Of a stretch of DNA of 64,000 nt, positions 16,906 through 27,839 are shown in pieces. A program made the translations under genes and the position numbers. Numbering within the stretch: the first letter of the stretch is position 1; each line of letters opens with the position of its first letter. The stretch spans positions 6,296 through 70,295 of the forward strand of contig JALSOA010000124.1 of assembly GCA_026986725.1 (NCBI GenBank). Reading direction: 5' to 3'. The stretch is from Acidobacteriota bacterium. Its GTDB lineage: Bacteria; Acidobacteriota; Holophagae; Thermotomaculales; Thermotomaculaceae. Under the pieces are notes generated by a model, which was not told the origin of the DNA, did not search any database, and saw only the letters and a program-made list of their open reading frames with translations.

Positions 16906-17670
16906 TTAAATATCTTTGAGATACTGTTTATCGATCCAGCCGTTTAATCCGTCAGGAAGGTATATGTGAACATAACCGTTTATCTCTTCGCCCTCTTTAA
17001 CCTTTGTTCCTTTATGTATTTTAAATAAAACAGTTGATGATGTGTTGGGCTCACTGAACACTTCCAGCGTTTGAGAAAAAACAATGCCCTCTTTTGCAAA
17101 TGTGAATTGATACCTTGAATAGAAAAGAGAGAAAAATATGAGAAAAAGCAATAATGATACCCCTATACCGTAATAACTTTTCTTTTTGTCAAACCTTCCG
17201 CTTAAAAGCATTGCAATAAAAATAAAAATCATAAAAAAGAACAAGATAGAAAGTATTGTTAAAGTGTTCAATGAGAAAGAAAGGTAAATCTTTTTGAAGA
17301 AAGCAACAAAAAAACCATCTTTAATATTCTTTTCCCTATCCTTTAGTTTTGAAACTATGAGGGAAAGGTTTGTTTCCAATTCTTTGTTTAATGGATGTAT
17401 CCTCTTTGCCTTTTCAAAGTAAAGCCTGGAGTTTGCAATGTCATTTAACCTGTAATAGGTGCAACCAAGGTTAAAATAAAGTTTGAAAGACTTTAAATCC
17501 TTCTTTTCAAGGCTTTTTTTAATTGAATTGTAAACCTTTAAAGCCTCTTTGTACTTTTTTTCATTGTAAAGTTTATTTGCCTTTGTGAACTGTGTATTTA
17601 AATTAAGAGTTGATGCATAAAGAGGTAAAAAAGCGAATAAAAACACCAGATAAAAAGTAACCCTTTTCAT
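16906..17670 (-). CDS. BatE-like TPR / SH3-domain membrane protein
   Basis: 254 aa. Signal peptide, TPR repeats, TM segments, and an SH3-like C-terminus GYVHIYLPDGLNGWIDKQYL. Last gene of the Bat-type operon, with an ATGA overlap to batD. Confidence 0.65.
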   Translation of the reverse strand: MKRVTFYLVFLFAFLPLYASTLNLNTQFTKANKLYNEKKYKEALKVYNSIKKSLEKKDLKSFKLYFNLGCTYYRLNDIANSRLYFEKAKRIHPLNKELETNLSLIVSKLKDREKNIKDGFFVAFFKKIYLSFSLNTLTILSILFFFMIFIFIAMLLSGRFDKKKSYYGIGVSLLLFLIFFSLFYSRYQFTFAKEGIVFSQTLEVFSEPNTSSTVLFKIHKGTKVKEGEEINGYVHIYLPDGLNGWIDKQYLKDI

Positions 17671-19451
17671 AGCACCCTCTCAATTTTCTGTATTATTTCA
17701 TTGGCCTCATCTATCAATTCAAGTTTAACTCCGGAAGAATGAGGGGTATAACTTTCAAAATCACAGTACTCAACAAAATCCGTTAACTGCTTAATTAAAT
17801 TTTCGTCTATCCCTTTTTCTTTTAGAATGTTCTCTATCTCATCTATTCTAAGTTCAATGTTCGGTTTTGAAAGTTTATCCGAAAAATAAGATATAATTGC
17901 CTTTGAGAGAGATTGATAAAACTCCCTCGCCTTCTTCTTTTTCCCCAGCCTTCTTACCTCTTTAAGTCTCTGTTTAAAAAAAGAGTAAGCCTTTGTCTTT
18001 CTGTACTCAACATTGTTTTTCTTCTTTTCATCTGAAACTCTTATGAAGAATGCAAAAGCAAGAACAACAAATGGAAAGACAGATACAAAAATTATAACCC
18101 ATTTATTTTCAACAAGATAAAATACCCTATCAAGTCTGCCAGTTTTGATATAGGTTATGTCCCTGTTTAACAAAGTTACCGTTCCTCCTGAAGGTTGCTG
18201 TCCGACAACAACGCCACCTGTTTCAACCTTTCCTTTAACATTTACGGTGATTCCCCCGGTTGTTTTGGTTATGTACTTTTCTGCAAGAGGATCAAAGTAA
18301 ACCAGTTTCACCGATGGTATCCTTAACTCTCCTTCCCTGACAGGAACGAGAACTATATTCCAGACCTTTGTCTGGTGCAATGGGTCTTTCTCTTTTATTT
18401 CGGCGGAAGACGGTTTAAAAACCCTGAATCCGTCCAATTTATCCGGAAGTATTTTGTCAAAAGACTTTAAATCTCCCTTTCCGCTAACAACCACCTTCAG
18501 GGTTATTGATTGCCCCACTCTTGCACTGGTGGTATCAACGGAAGCCTGAATGTCAAAACTTCCAACAAGGCCTGAAAAACCGTCAGGTGCAGGGGGCAAT
18601 GGCAAAACCCTGATCCTCAGCGGTTCGCTTTTCCTGATAACTCTTTTACCGAAGAAAAAATCCGCCTGTGCATTTAACACAAAACTTACCGGAGGAATGA
18701 CAAGATCCCCCGACTTTGTTGGATAGAGAACCTTTTTGTATATAACTGCAGTGTTATACCTTTTGCCTCCCAATATTGTGGTGTTGAACCTTATTCTCTG
18801 GTTTGTATCAATATCGTAAGCAAGAAAACCCTGAAACGATGGCACTTCCTTCAAAGCAAGCTGGGTGATGGGAACAGTTGTAAAAAGGACAAACTTAACA
18901 AGCACAGGCTCTCCAACATAGACCTTTTTAGACGAAACCTCAGTCCTTATAAAAATGTCTTCCAGTGAGATCTTCCTTGGCCTTGGAGGTGAAAAGAAAT
19001 CATCATTGAAGAAATCGTCAAAGTTGCTGAATGGGTCAAAGGCATTTCCCCTGTTTCTTCTGTGAGGGACAACGCTTCCCTTAACAACCTCAACTTTGAT
19101 TGGCTCTGTGGTGAAAACATCCTTTCCAGCCTTAACCTTAAGAGACGGGATTGTTAAAGTGCCTGTTTTGGTGGGGGCAAGCACAAAACTCAAAGTTTCT
19201 TTTTTTGACATACTTCCGTTAACAATTGAAATTGAGGTGCCACTATTTGGGCCACCGACTATGGTAAATCCGTTAAATTTCAGAGGGGAAAGTATCTCAA
19301 GTTCTCCGTTTACATCCTCTCCCTCAATTGTAAGGGTAAGGGTGTCGTTTAAACCTATCCTGTTAAAAGATACATAGGCCCTCACGCCCTTTGCACAAAG
19401 GGGCAAGAAGAGAGAGGTTATCATTAACAGTATTGTTATAGCCCTTTTCAT
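17667..19451 (-). CDS. BatD-like (oxygen tolerance family) large membrane protein
   Basis: I start it at ATG 19451 (MKRAITILLMITSLFLPLCA signal peptide) rather than the track start at 19508. It has a large extracytoplasmic region, a TM helix (WVIIFVSVFPFVVLAFAFFI) and a cytoplasmic helical tail. Confidence 0.65.
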   Translation of the reverse strand: MKRAITILLMITSLFLPLCAKGVRAYVSFNRIGLNDTLTLTIEGEDVNGELEILSPLKFNGFTIVGGPNSGTSISIVNGSMSKKETLSFVLAPTKTGTLTIPSLKVKAGKDVFTTEPIKVEVVKGSVVPHRRNRGNAFDPFSNFDDFFNDDFFSPPRPRKISLEDIFIRTEVSSKKVYVGEPVLVKFVLFTTVPITQLALKEVPSFQGFLAYDIDTNQRIRFNTTILGGKRYNTAVIYKKVLYPTKSGDLVIPPVSFVLNAQADFFFGKRVIRKSEPLRIRVLPLPPAPDGFSGLVGSFDIQASVDTTSARVGQSITLKVVVSGKGDLKSFDKILPDKLDGFRVFKPSSAEIKEKDPLHQTKVWNIVLVPVREGELRIPSVKLVYFDPLAEKYITKTTGGITVNVKGKVETGGVVVGQQPSGGTVTLLNRDITYIKTGRLDRVFYLVENKWVIIFVSVFPFVVLAFAFFIRVSDEKKKNNVEYRKTKAYSFFKQRLKEVRRLGKKKKAREFYQSLSKAIISYFSDKLSKPNIELRIDEIENILKEKGIDENLIKQLTDFVEYCDFESYTPHSSGVKLELIDEANEIIQKIERVL

Positions 19452-19482
19452 GGTTCGTCCTTTTTTCTTACTCTTCAATAGT

Positions 19483-20214
19483 TTACCAGTCTTTCTCCAT
19501 TCTATCAATAACCGCTCTCATCTTCTTTTTGTTTTTCATATTCTTTCTTCTGTCAATCTTTTCCTGTTCAGCAAGGGTTTTCAACAACTTCTGAAGCTGT
19601 TTTTGTTTCTGTTTCTCTTCATTGTTTTGCTGTTTTTGCTTTTTATTCCGGTTTTCTTTATTTTCCTTCTTTTTGTTTTTATCTTTTTTCTTATTTTCGT
19701 TTTTCTTATTCCTGTTCTTATCCTTTTCTTTCTTTTTCTTCTGAGAATCCCTGTTATTCCTTTTATCGTTCTTATTGTTTTTGTTAAGCATCTTCAAAGC
19801 AAGTTCAAGGTTTTCCTTTGCATACCTGTCTTTGGGATTAACTTTTAAAGACCTCACATAACTGTCAACAGCCATCTTGTACTGCTTTTTTTTAAAATAA
19901 GCGTTTCCAAGGTTGTAATAAAGCCTTTCCTTTAGGTAATCAGGAACAGAGTTCTCAATCTTTTTATAAATTTCAATAGCTTTATCATAGTTTTTCAATT
20001 TGTACAGAGAGTTTGCAAGGTTGTATTTTATAACAGGGTCATCCCTTTCGCTTAAAGCCCTTATGTACTGGCTTATTGCGCCTTTGTAATCTCCGTTTTG
20101 GTAATGTTTATTCCCCTTTTCATTGTATTTGTAACCCTTATCTGCAAATATGTTTTCTGCAAAAGCATTGTTAAATACCAGAAGGACAAATAAGAAAAAC
20201 ACCATCCTTTTCAT
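19483..20214 (-). CDS. BatC-like TPR protein with extremely K/N/E/Q-rich C-terminal tail
   Basis: I start it at ATG 20214 (MKRMVFFLFVLLVFNNAFA signal peptide), 7 nt after the batB stop. TPR repeats (YNLANSLYKLKNYDKAIEIYKK...) are followed by an ~80-aa tail KNNKNDKRNNRDSQKKKKEKDKNRNKKNENKKKDKNKKKENKENRNKKQKQQ. Confidence 0.7.
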   Translation of the reverse strand: MKRMVFFLFVLLVFNNAFAENIFADKGYKYNEKGNKHYQNGDYKGAISQYIRALSERDDPVIKYNLANSLYKLKNYDKAIEIYKKIENSVPDYLKERLYYNLGNAYFKKKQYKMAVDSYVRSLKVNPKDRYAKENLELALKMLNKNNKNDKRNNRDSQKKKKEKDKNRNKKNENKKKDKNKKKENKENRNKKQKQQNNEEKQKQKQLQKLLKTLAEQEKIDRRKNMKNKKKMRAVIDRMEKDW

Positions 20215-20221
20215 AACCACC

Positions 20222-21193
20222 TCACAAAACCAGAAAACCAATTAAGAACAAAACCCCGATGGAAAGAGGTATATAATACCTGTCCTTCAACCTAACAAAC
20301 CCCTTTTCCTCAAACTTCTTCCTCTGCAACTTTTGAATGTTCTTTATCAAAGGATCAATGTCCAGATTGCTTCTAACTATAAAACTTGCTCCGCCAGTGT
20401 CTTTAGCAACCTTGATCAGAACAGACGGATTCAATTTTGTAACCACTATCCTGCCGTCCCTGTCTTTCTTGAACCCGATTACCCTGCCATTTAAGTCTTT
20501 AACCGGTATCGGAGCCCCATCCTTTGAGCCAATTCCCACAGAAAACAAAATAACATTGTTTTCCTTTGCAACCTTCACCCCGTTTTCAACAGAGTTGCCA
20601 AAATCCTCACCGTCAGAAAAAACTATTATTGTTTTAAACCCCTTGTCATTTTCAGGGAACCCCTCTTTTACAACCTTCTTAATGGCACCACCTAAATCTG
20701 TTCCCTGCATTGATATTATATCGGTGTCAACAGAGTCAACAAACATGGAAACCGCATCGTAATCGTCTGTCAAGGGGCAAATAATCTCGCACCTTCCTGC
20801 AAACACAGCAACACCGACAAGGTCTCCACTCATTTTTTCAAGCAATTTGTAAATAACCTGCTTTGTTGCCTCAAGCCTTGACGGTTTTATATCTGTGGCA
20901 TTCATTGAATTTGAAACATCTATCAAAAAGTATATTTCCCTTCCCCTTCTTACCCCCTTTTCCATAGCAACACCGAATTTAGGGGCGGATAGGGAAATTA
21001 TCAGAAACGATAAAGACACCAATAAAAACAGTCTTTTGAAAAACCTTCTATCCAATGAATATGAAACAAAACTTCTTTGAAGTTTTTTCATTGACAAAAA
21101 TCTCTCTTTTAATTTGTATTGAATAAGAAACACAACGGCAAAAAAAGGAATTAACAATAAAAGGTACAGGTATTCAATTCTTCCGAAACTCAT
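20222..21193 (-). CDS. BatB-like vWA-domain membrane protein
   Basis: 323 aa. N-terminal TM helices and a vWA MIDAS motif FLIDVSNSMNATD. Confidence 0.75.
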   Translation of the reverse strand: MSFGRIEYLYLLLLIPFFAVVFLIQYKLKERFLSMKKLQRSFVSYSLDRRFFKRLFLLVSLSFLIISLSAPKFGVAMEKGVRRGREIYFLIDVSNSMNATDIKPSRLEATKQVIYKLLEKMSGDLVGVAVFAGRCEIICPLTDDYDAVSMFVDSVDTDIISMQGTDLGGAIKKVVKEGFPENDKGFKTIIVFSDGEDFGNSVENGVKVAKENNVILFSVGIGSKDGAPIPVKDLNGRVIGFKKDRDGRIVVTKLNPSVLIKVAKDTGGASFIVRSNLDIDPLIKNIQKLQRKKFEEKGFVRLKDRYYIPLSIGVLFLIGFLVL

Positions 21194-22179
21194 TCTTTCA
21201 CCCTCAAAAAGATGTTATTAAGAAATATGTACAACAGTAAAACAACCAGTGCAGAAAATAATAAATCAAAGTATTCATCCTTCCAGACAGTGTACTTTTT
21301 AACCTCTATCTTTGTTTTTTCAAGCGAATCAATTATTGAGTAAATTGTCTGCAACTTCTTCGAATCTGTTGCTCTGAAATACTCTCCTCCTGTCATTCTT
21401 GACACCCTGGTTAACAAAGCCTCGTCAATCTCAACGGGAACCTTTACATAGGTTTCAATTCCAAAGGCATTTTTTTGAGGGATCTCGGCAAAGCCGTTTG
21501 TGCCTATTCCGATAGAGTAAATCTTTATCCCCAATTCTTTTGCAAGCTTTGCAGCACTCAACGGGTCTATTATCCCCCTGTTGTTCATACCGTCTGTGAG
21601 AAGTATTATTACCTTTGACTTTGCCTTTGATTTCCTCAACCTGTTAACTGCAGTGGCTATTGCCATTCCAATTGCAGTGCCGTCTTCAATTGAGTCAAGT
21701 TTTGTATCTTTAATTATCTTTTCAAGCATCCTTTTATCTGTTGTTAAAGGGCACTTTGTGATTGCATAGCCTGCAAAAGCAACAAAGCCTATCCTGTCGT
21801 ACTTTCTCTTTTCCACAAAGTCAAGTGTTGTTTTCTTTGCAACCTCAAACCTGTTTTTCGGCTTAAAGTCAAGTGCTTTCATTGAAGAAGAGGTATCAAG
21901 GCAGAGCATTATATCAATCCCCATGGTTTCCTGCTTTTCGTACCCTTTGCCAATTTGAGGCCTCGCAAGGGCAAGTATCATTAAAAGCAGTGCAATTAAG
22001 GGCAAAAAGTATGAGATCATATAGAGGTAATGTTTGTAATTTTTAGCAAAAGCATCAACAAGAAATGCCGGATAATTTAAACCCGTTTCTTTTCCATTCA
22101 ACCTTTTAAAAAGCACATACGCGAGGTATATTGCAAAAAGCAACAATAAAAGCACATAGGGATATTTAAACCTGAACAT
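21190..22179 (-). CDS. BatA-like vWA-domain membrane protein
   Basis: 329 aa. TM helices at both ends and a vWA MIDAS motif LCLDTSSSMKALD. Confidence 0.75.
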   Translation of the reverse strand: MFRFKYPYVLLLLLFAIYLAYVLFKRLNGKETGLNYPAFLVDAFAKNYKHYLYMISYFLPLIALLLMILALARPQIGKGYEKQETMGIDIMLCLDTSSSMKALDFKPKNRFEVAKKTTLDFVEKRKYDRIGFVAFAGYAITKCPLTTDKRMLEKIIKDTKLDSIEDGTAIGMAIATAVNRLRKSKAKSKVIILLTDGMNNRGIIDPLSAAKLAKELGIKIYSIGIGTNGFAEIPQKNAFGIETYVKVPVEIDEALLTRVSRMTGGEYFRATDSKKLQTIYSIIDSLEKTKIEVKKYTVWKDEYFDLLFSALVVLLLYIFLNNIFLRVKE

Positions 22180-23122
22180 TGCTTTCCCCTTCTTCTTTCT
22201 TTTCCATCATCTCGGTTTCAACCCTCTCGCATATCTTATCAACCAATTGATAGAGGGTGTTAACAGTGGAATTTATTTCCGATTGTTCAGGGATGTACTT
22301 TGCAAACTTTACAAGATCGCTCACATTGAAAAAGTCTTTTATGAGGGATTCTTCATCCATATTAACTTTCCCCTTTAAAAGAAACATAACCTCTTCACTT
22401 GTTTTGGAATCGTAATCAAACTCAAAAACCCTTCCAAGAAACCTTTTTGCTATTTCCGATAGTTCAACGAAAAACTCTTTGACCCTTCCCTCTTTCAAAA
22501 GGGTTGAAGAGAGGAGTTTCGAAAGCATATTTTTGACCTCAATGCAGGGAGGATCAAGCACAACAGGTTTTTCCTTTTCCTTCTTCTCAATACCCTTAAA
22601 CTTCCTGTACAATTTTCTCAACAGAAAAAACAGTGCAAGTAAAATTAGAAATACCACTAAAGCGTACAAAAACATCCTTTTCAAGTATGAGTAATCTGGC
22701 TTTATCTCTCCCTGGGGCTTTAATGGGTTTATGTCTTTCTTGTTTTTCGGGAGTATGGATACAACCTCAAGCTCGGGGATTGTTTTAACAAACCTTTTAT
22801 CGTTAACCTCAACAACAATTTCTCCTGCTTTAACCTTCCCAAGTTTAAAAGGCTGAATGTAAAAAGAAAAGGTTTTTAAACTCATCCCCTCCGGAAGATC
22901 CTTAACTCCCTTTTTAAACCCGTTTAAAACTATCTTTTCGTCTTTCAATGTGTTCAATGTAAAGTCAACCTTTGCCCCTTTATCTGTTACAACCTTCAAA
23001 TCCACATACACCTTATCCCCTATACTGCATTTGTTTTTTGAAAGGGATAAAGTTATATTAGGCTCCCTTGCAAAGGCTAAAAAGGAAATTGTAATTATCA
23101 GAAAAACAAGTATTTTCCTCAT
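22166..23122 (-). CDS. Hypothetical membrane protein of the Bat-type operon
   Basis: 318 aa. Signal peptide, beta-rich N-terminal half, one TM helix (MFLYALVVFLILLALFFLL) and a helical cytoplasmic C-terminus. It overlaps both neighbouring genes. Confidence 0.6.
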   Translation of the reverse strand: MRKILVFLIITISFLAFAREPNITLSLSKNKCSIGDKVYVDLKVVTDKGAKVDFTLNTLKDEKIVLNGFKKGVKDLPEGMSLKTFSFYIQPFKLGKVKAGEIVVEVNDKRFVKTIPELEVVSILPKNKKDINPLKPQGEIKPDYSYLKRMFLYALVVFLILLALFFLLRKLYRKFKGIEKKEKEKPVVLDPPCIEVKNMLSKLLSSTLLKEGRVKEFFVELSEIAKRFLGRVFEFDYDSKTSEEVMFLLKGKVNMDEESLIKDFFNVSDLVKFAKYIPEQSEINSTVNTLYQLVDKICERVETEMMEKKEEGESNVQV

Positions 23123-23994
23123 CTTGCGAACTTCCTTTTTCTTAAATTAAAAAACTTTTTAAAAGCACGGTATATATCGTCGTTTGTTTCAATATCAAGG
23201 TAATCAAGCCCATACTTTTTAAAAACCTGGAATATATACTCATTCCATCCCTTAACATGCTCAACAAAGTTTCTTCTAATCTTTTTTGAGGAAAAATCAA
23301 CAATAACCGGTTTATCCCCTTCAAGCGGCAGGATTTTAAAAACCCCTTCAGGGGGTTCGACCTCGTACTTCGAATAAACCTTAACAGGTATAACATCGTG
23401 TTTCAGGGAAGCAAGGGCAAGGGGCTTTTCAAACCGGGATGAATAGAAATCTGAAACAAGGAAAGCGATGGATTTCTTTTTTTGAACCTTCAAAAAATAC
23501 TCTAAAGCATTCCCTATATCCGTTTTCCCCTCTGATTCTATCTCAAGCAGATCCCTTATAATCTTTAAAACCTGCTTGCTTCCCTTCCTTGGAGTGATAA
23601 AGGTTTCAATCTTATCAGAAAAGGCTATTAACCCCACCCTGTCATTGTTCTCCATAGCGGAAAATCCGATCAAAGCACAAACTTCCGCGAGGAGTTCCCT
23701 TTTAAACTTAGTATCCTCACCAAAATTCATTGAAGGGGAAACATCAACGAGGAGCATAATGGTCAATTCCCTCTCTTCCTTAAACCTCTTCACATAGGGG
23801 AAATTCATCCTTGCGGTAACATTCCAGTCAATTGTCCTTACATCGTCTCCAGGCACATACTCCCTCACCTCAGCAAACTCAAGCCCTCTCCCTTTGAAAA
23901 TAGAGTGGTACTCTCCCCCTATTGCCTCGTCAACAAGCCTCTTTGTCTTTATCTGGATTCTTCTAACCTTCTTTAATAACTCTTCAGTGTTCAT
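23119..23994 (-). CDS. DUF58 (vWA-like) protein, MoxR partner
   Basis: 291 aa. MLLVDVSPSMNFG motif. Canonical position directly after the MoxR ATPase. Confidence 0.75.
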   Translation of the reverse strand: MNTEELLKKVRRIQIKTKRLVDEAIGGEYHSIFKGRGLEFAEVREYVPGDDVRTIDWNVTARMNFPYVKRFKEERELTIMLLVDVSPSMNFGEDTKFKRELLAEVCALIGFSAMENNDRVGLIAFSDKIETFITPRKGSKQVLKIIRDLLEIESEGKTDIGNALEYFLKVQKKKSIAFLVSDFYSSRFEKPLALASLKHDVIPVKVYSKYEVEPPEGVFKILPLEGDKPVIVDFSSKKIRRNFVEHVKGWNEYIFQVFKKYGLDYLDIETNDDIYRAFKKFFNLRKRKFAR

Positions 23995-24021
23995 CTATTC
24001 CCCCGAATCAAGCACAAACAA

Positions 24022-25017
24022 TCAGGGAACTTCAATCTCGTCAAAGATCTTTCTCACAACTGCATCAGAGTCAATGTTTTCAGCCTCAGCCTCGTAAGAA
24101 ACAATTATTCTATGCCTTAAAACATCGGGGGCAACAGCCTTAATGTCTTCCGGGGTTATATATCCCCTTCTCCTTATTGCAGCAAGCCCTTTCGCAGCAA
24201 TAATAAGGGACAATGTGGCTCTTGGAGATGCACCGTAATCTATTAAAACCTTTAAATCATCAAGCCCGTGATTTTCAGGGTTCCTTGTGCAATCGACTAT
24301 ATCAACAACATACTTTTTCAACCTTTCGTCAACATAGATTTCAGGGATCAAAGATTTCAGTTCCTCTATCTCTTTCAATGAACAAACATTTGAAACCTTT
24401 ATCTCTTTGCCTGTTGTGTATCTTTCAAGTATTTCCAATTCCTCTTCCTTTGAAGGGTATGTAACTTTCAGTTTCAGCATAAACCTGTCAACCTGTGCCT
24501 CAGGAAGAGGATAGGTTCCCTCCTGCTCAATAGGGTTCTGGGTTGCCATTACAAGGAATATATCAGGAAGAGAATAGGTGTTATCCCCAACGGTTACCTG
24601 CTTTTCCTGCATTGCTTCAAGCAAAGCGGATTGAACCTTGGCAGGTGCCCTGTTTATCTCATCTGCAAGTATAAGGTTTGCAAAGATAGGCCCTTTTTTT
24701 GATGTAAATGTCCCGTCTTTTGGATTGTAAATCTGGGTCCCGGTAAGGTCAGCGGGAAGAAGGTCAGGGGTAAACTGAATTCTTCTAAAGCTACAGTCTA
24801 TTGCATCTGCAATGGATTTTATTGCAAGAGTTTTAGCAAGGCCAGGAACACCCTCAACCAGAACATGCCCGCCGGTGAGAATACCGAGCAACAGCCTCTC
24901 AACCATATACCTCTGCCCTACAATAGCCTTTGAAACCTCGCTTAACAATGCATCAATTACCGCACTTTTCTCCTTTACCTGCTCATTGATAATTTTTATT
25001 CCTGAATCCATATCCAC
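24022..25017 (-). CDS. MoxR-family AAA+ ATPase
   Basis: 331 aa. Walker A EGVPGLAKT and Walker B LILADEINRAPAKVQSALLEAMQE. Confidence 0.9.
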   Translation of the reverse strand: MDMDSGIKIINEQVKEKSAVIDALLSEVSKAIVGQRYMVERLLLGILTGGHVLVEGVPGLAKTLAIKSIADAIDCSFRRIQFTPDLLPADLTGTQIYNPKDGTFTSKKGPIFANLILADEINRAPAKVQSALLEAMQEKQVTVGDNTYSLPDIFLVMATQNPIEQEGTYPLPEAQVDRFMLKLKVTYPSKEEELEILERYTTGKEIKVSNVCSLKEIEELKSLIPEIYVDERLKKYVVDIVDCTRNPENHGLDDLKVLIDYGASPRATLSLIIAAKGLAAIRRRGYITPEDIKAVAPDVLRHRIIVSYEAEAENIDSDAVVRKIFDEIEVP

Positions 25018-25157
25018 ACTCCCTATAATTTTTTCCAGAAAAATAAATTATGCAATTTTCATGCCTGATTAACCACTGCATAAAACATTAAAAACAGGGA
25101 ATTAACATGGTTTACAATGCCATTTTTGCACATTGAAACAATGCAATTTTAACACAG

Positions 25158-26180
25158 TTAAAGTGAAATCAATTCCCTTAAATTCTCTATTGAGATATCC
25201 CTTTTCCCCCCTTCAATCTCATGCACAATTGAAACAATCCTTTCGTTCACCGGGGTTGCAAAACCAACCTCTCTCCCGTACTTAACAATAATCCCGTTTA
25301 TAAAATCAACCTCTGTTTTTCTCCCCCTTTCAAGGGATTGAAGGCTTGAGGATTTAAGGTTTCTGTACTTTCTTCCAATTATCTTTATTATAAAATCCTT
25401 GTAATACTTTGAAAGGCATAGTTTGTTTTCAACCTCTCTTTGAGATGCTGCAAGTTTGTGTATTGAAACACCGGAAATTTTTTCAAGTTTTATACCCTTC
25501 CTCTTTGCAACCTCAACCCCTTCATAAAGAATGCGTCTAAAAATTGCCCTGAATTGAGGGTAAGAAAGCATTTTCCCGAGCGTTAAGCCTGAAACTGCAC
25601 CCATTGTGGTTATGCAGGCATTTATTAAAAGTTTCGAATACTTTGCACCCCATATATTTGTTGTTATTCTCGTCTCAATCACATTGTTCAGAATAGACTT
25701 TAAAACCTGAACTCGCTCTGTCACTTTTCCGTCCAACTCCCCTATAACGATCTCCCCCTTTGATGTCATTTCAACCACTCCGGGGGCATGCATTGTCGCA
25801 CCGAAACCCACAATTGCACCGACCAATTTCCCCTGTGGTAAAACATCCTTCAACTTACCCTCAACAATACCATTTTGAAAAGTCACAAAAAAGCCTCTTT
25901 CAGTTAAAAAACCAACAAAATCAGTTACAACATCAAAAACAGAATTTGCTTTGGTACAGACAAAGACAACATCAAACCTCATTTTGGTCTTTTCAATTGA
26001 AGAAAATATTTCAGGCCATGTAATTGATTCCTTTCCATCAGGGAGTTTAACCTTCAAACCATTTTTCTTTATTGCATTTAAAATCTCATTATTCTTGCTT
26101 ACCACAACTGGATTATGCTCAATAATACCTCCGGAAATGACCCCACCAATCGCTCCACAGCCAACAATGGTAATTTTCAT
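25158..26180 (-). CDS. Ketopantoate reductase (PanE/ApbA) family oxidoreductase
   Basis: 340 aa. N-terminal Rossmann motif MKITIVGCGAIGG. Overall length and helical C-terminal domain are typical of ApbA. Confidence 0.6.
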   Translation of the reverse strand: MKITIVGCGAIGGVISGGIIEHNPVVVSKNNEILNAIKKNGLKVKLPDGKESITWPEIFSSIEKTKMRFDVVFVCTKANSVFDVVTDFVGFLTERGFFVTFQNGIVEGKLKDVLPQGKLVGAIVGFGATMHAPGVVEMTSKGEIVIGELDGKVTERVQVLKSILNNVIETRITTNIWGAKYSKLLINACITTMGAVSGLTLGKMLSYPQFRAIFRRILYEGVEVAKRKGIKLEKISGVSIHKLAASQREVENKLCLSKYYKDFIIKIIGRKYRNLKSSSLQSLERGRKTEVDFINGIIVKYGREVGFATPVNERIVSIVHEIEGGKRDISIENLRELISL

Positions 26181-26290
26181 AATTCCTCCTTTTTTTAAAT
26201 TTTAGCCAATTTTTCAAAAAAAATGCAATGTTAAACAGGAAACACCAGCACTTTTTAAAAAAAGTTGTAAAAATATTCCTAAATTTAAAT

Positions 26291-27707
<1,417 letters not shown>

Positions 27708-27737
27708 GGTTCAGGAAAACAACAAAGACAATGTTTA

Positions 27738-27764
27738 AGCCCCGATTTTGGTCGGGGCTTTTTT
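27738..27764 (+). terminator. Rho-independent terminator after gdhA
   Basis: AGCCCCGA-TTTTGG-TCGGGGCT forms an 8-bp stem followed by TTTTT. Confidence 0.8.
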
Positions 27765-27839
27765 ATAAATTATCAAAAATTGTATAATTTATTCTATTTT
27801 TGAATGTAAAAACATAGGAAAAATATCATTTTTTTGATT

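Noticed and set aside
19450-19848. 132-aa plus-strand ORF rich in F/L/I
   Set aside because: It is the mirror image of the K/N/E-rich low-complexity tail of the BatC-like gene on the minus strand, so it is an antisense artefact.
25018-25157. Sigma-54 type promoter (GG-N10-GC) or operator upstream of the MoxR/Bat operon
   Set aside because: The TGGCAT/TTGCA-like words present (for example around 25100-25140) have the wrong spacing for a -24/-12 promoter. Only short imperfect palindromes (TTGCA..TGCAA) are seen, which is not enough to call a site.
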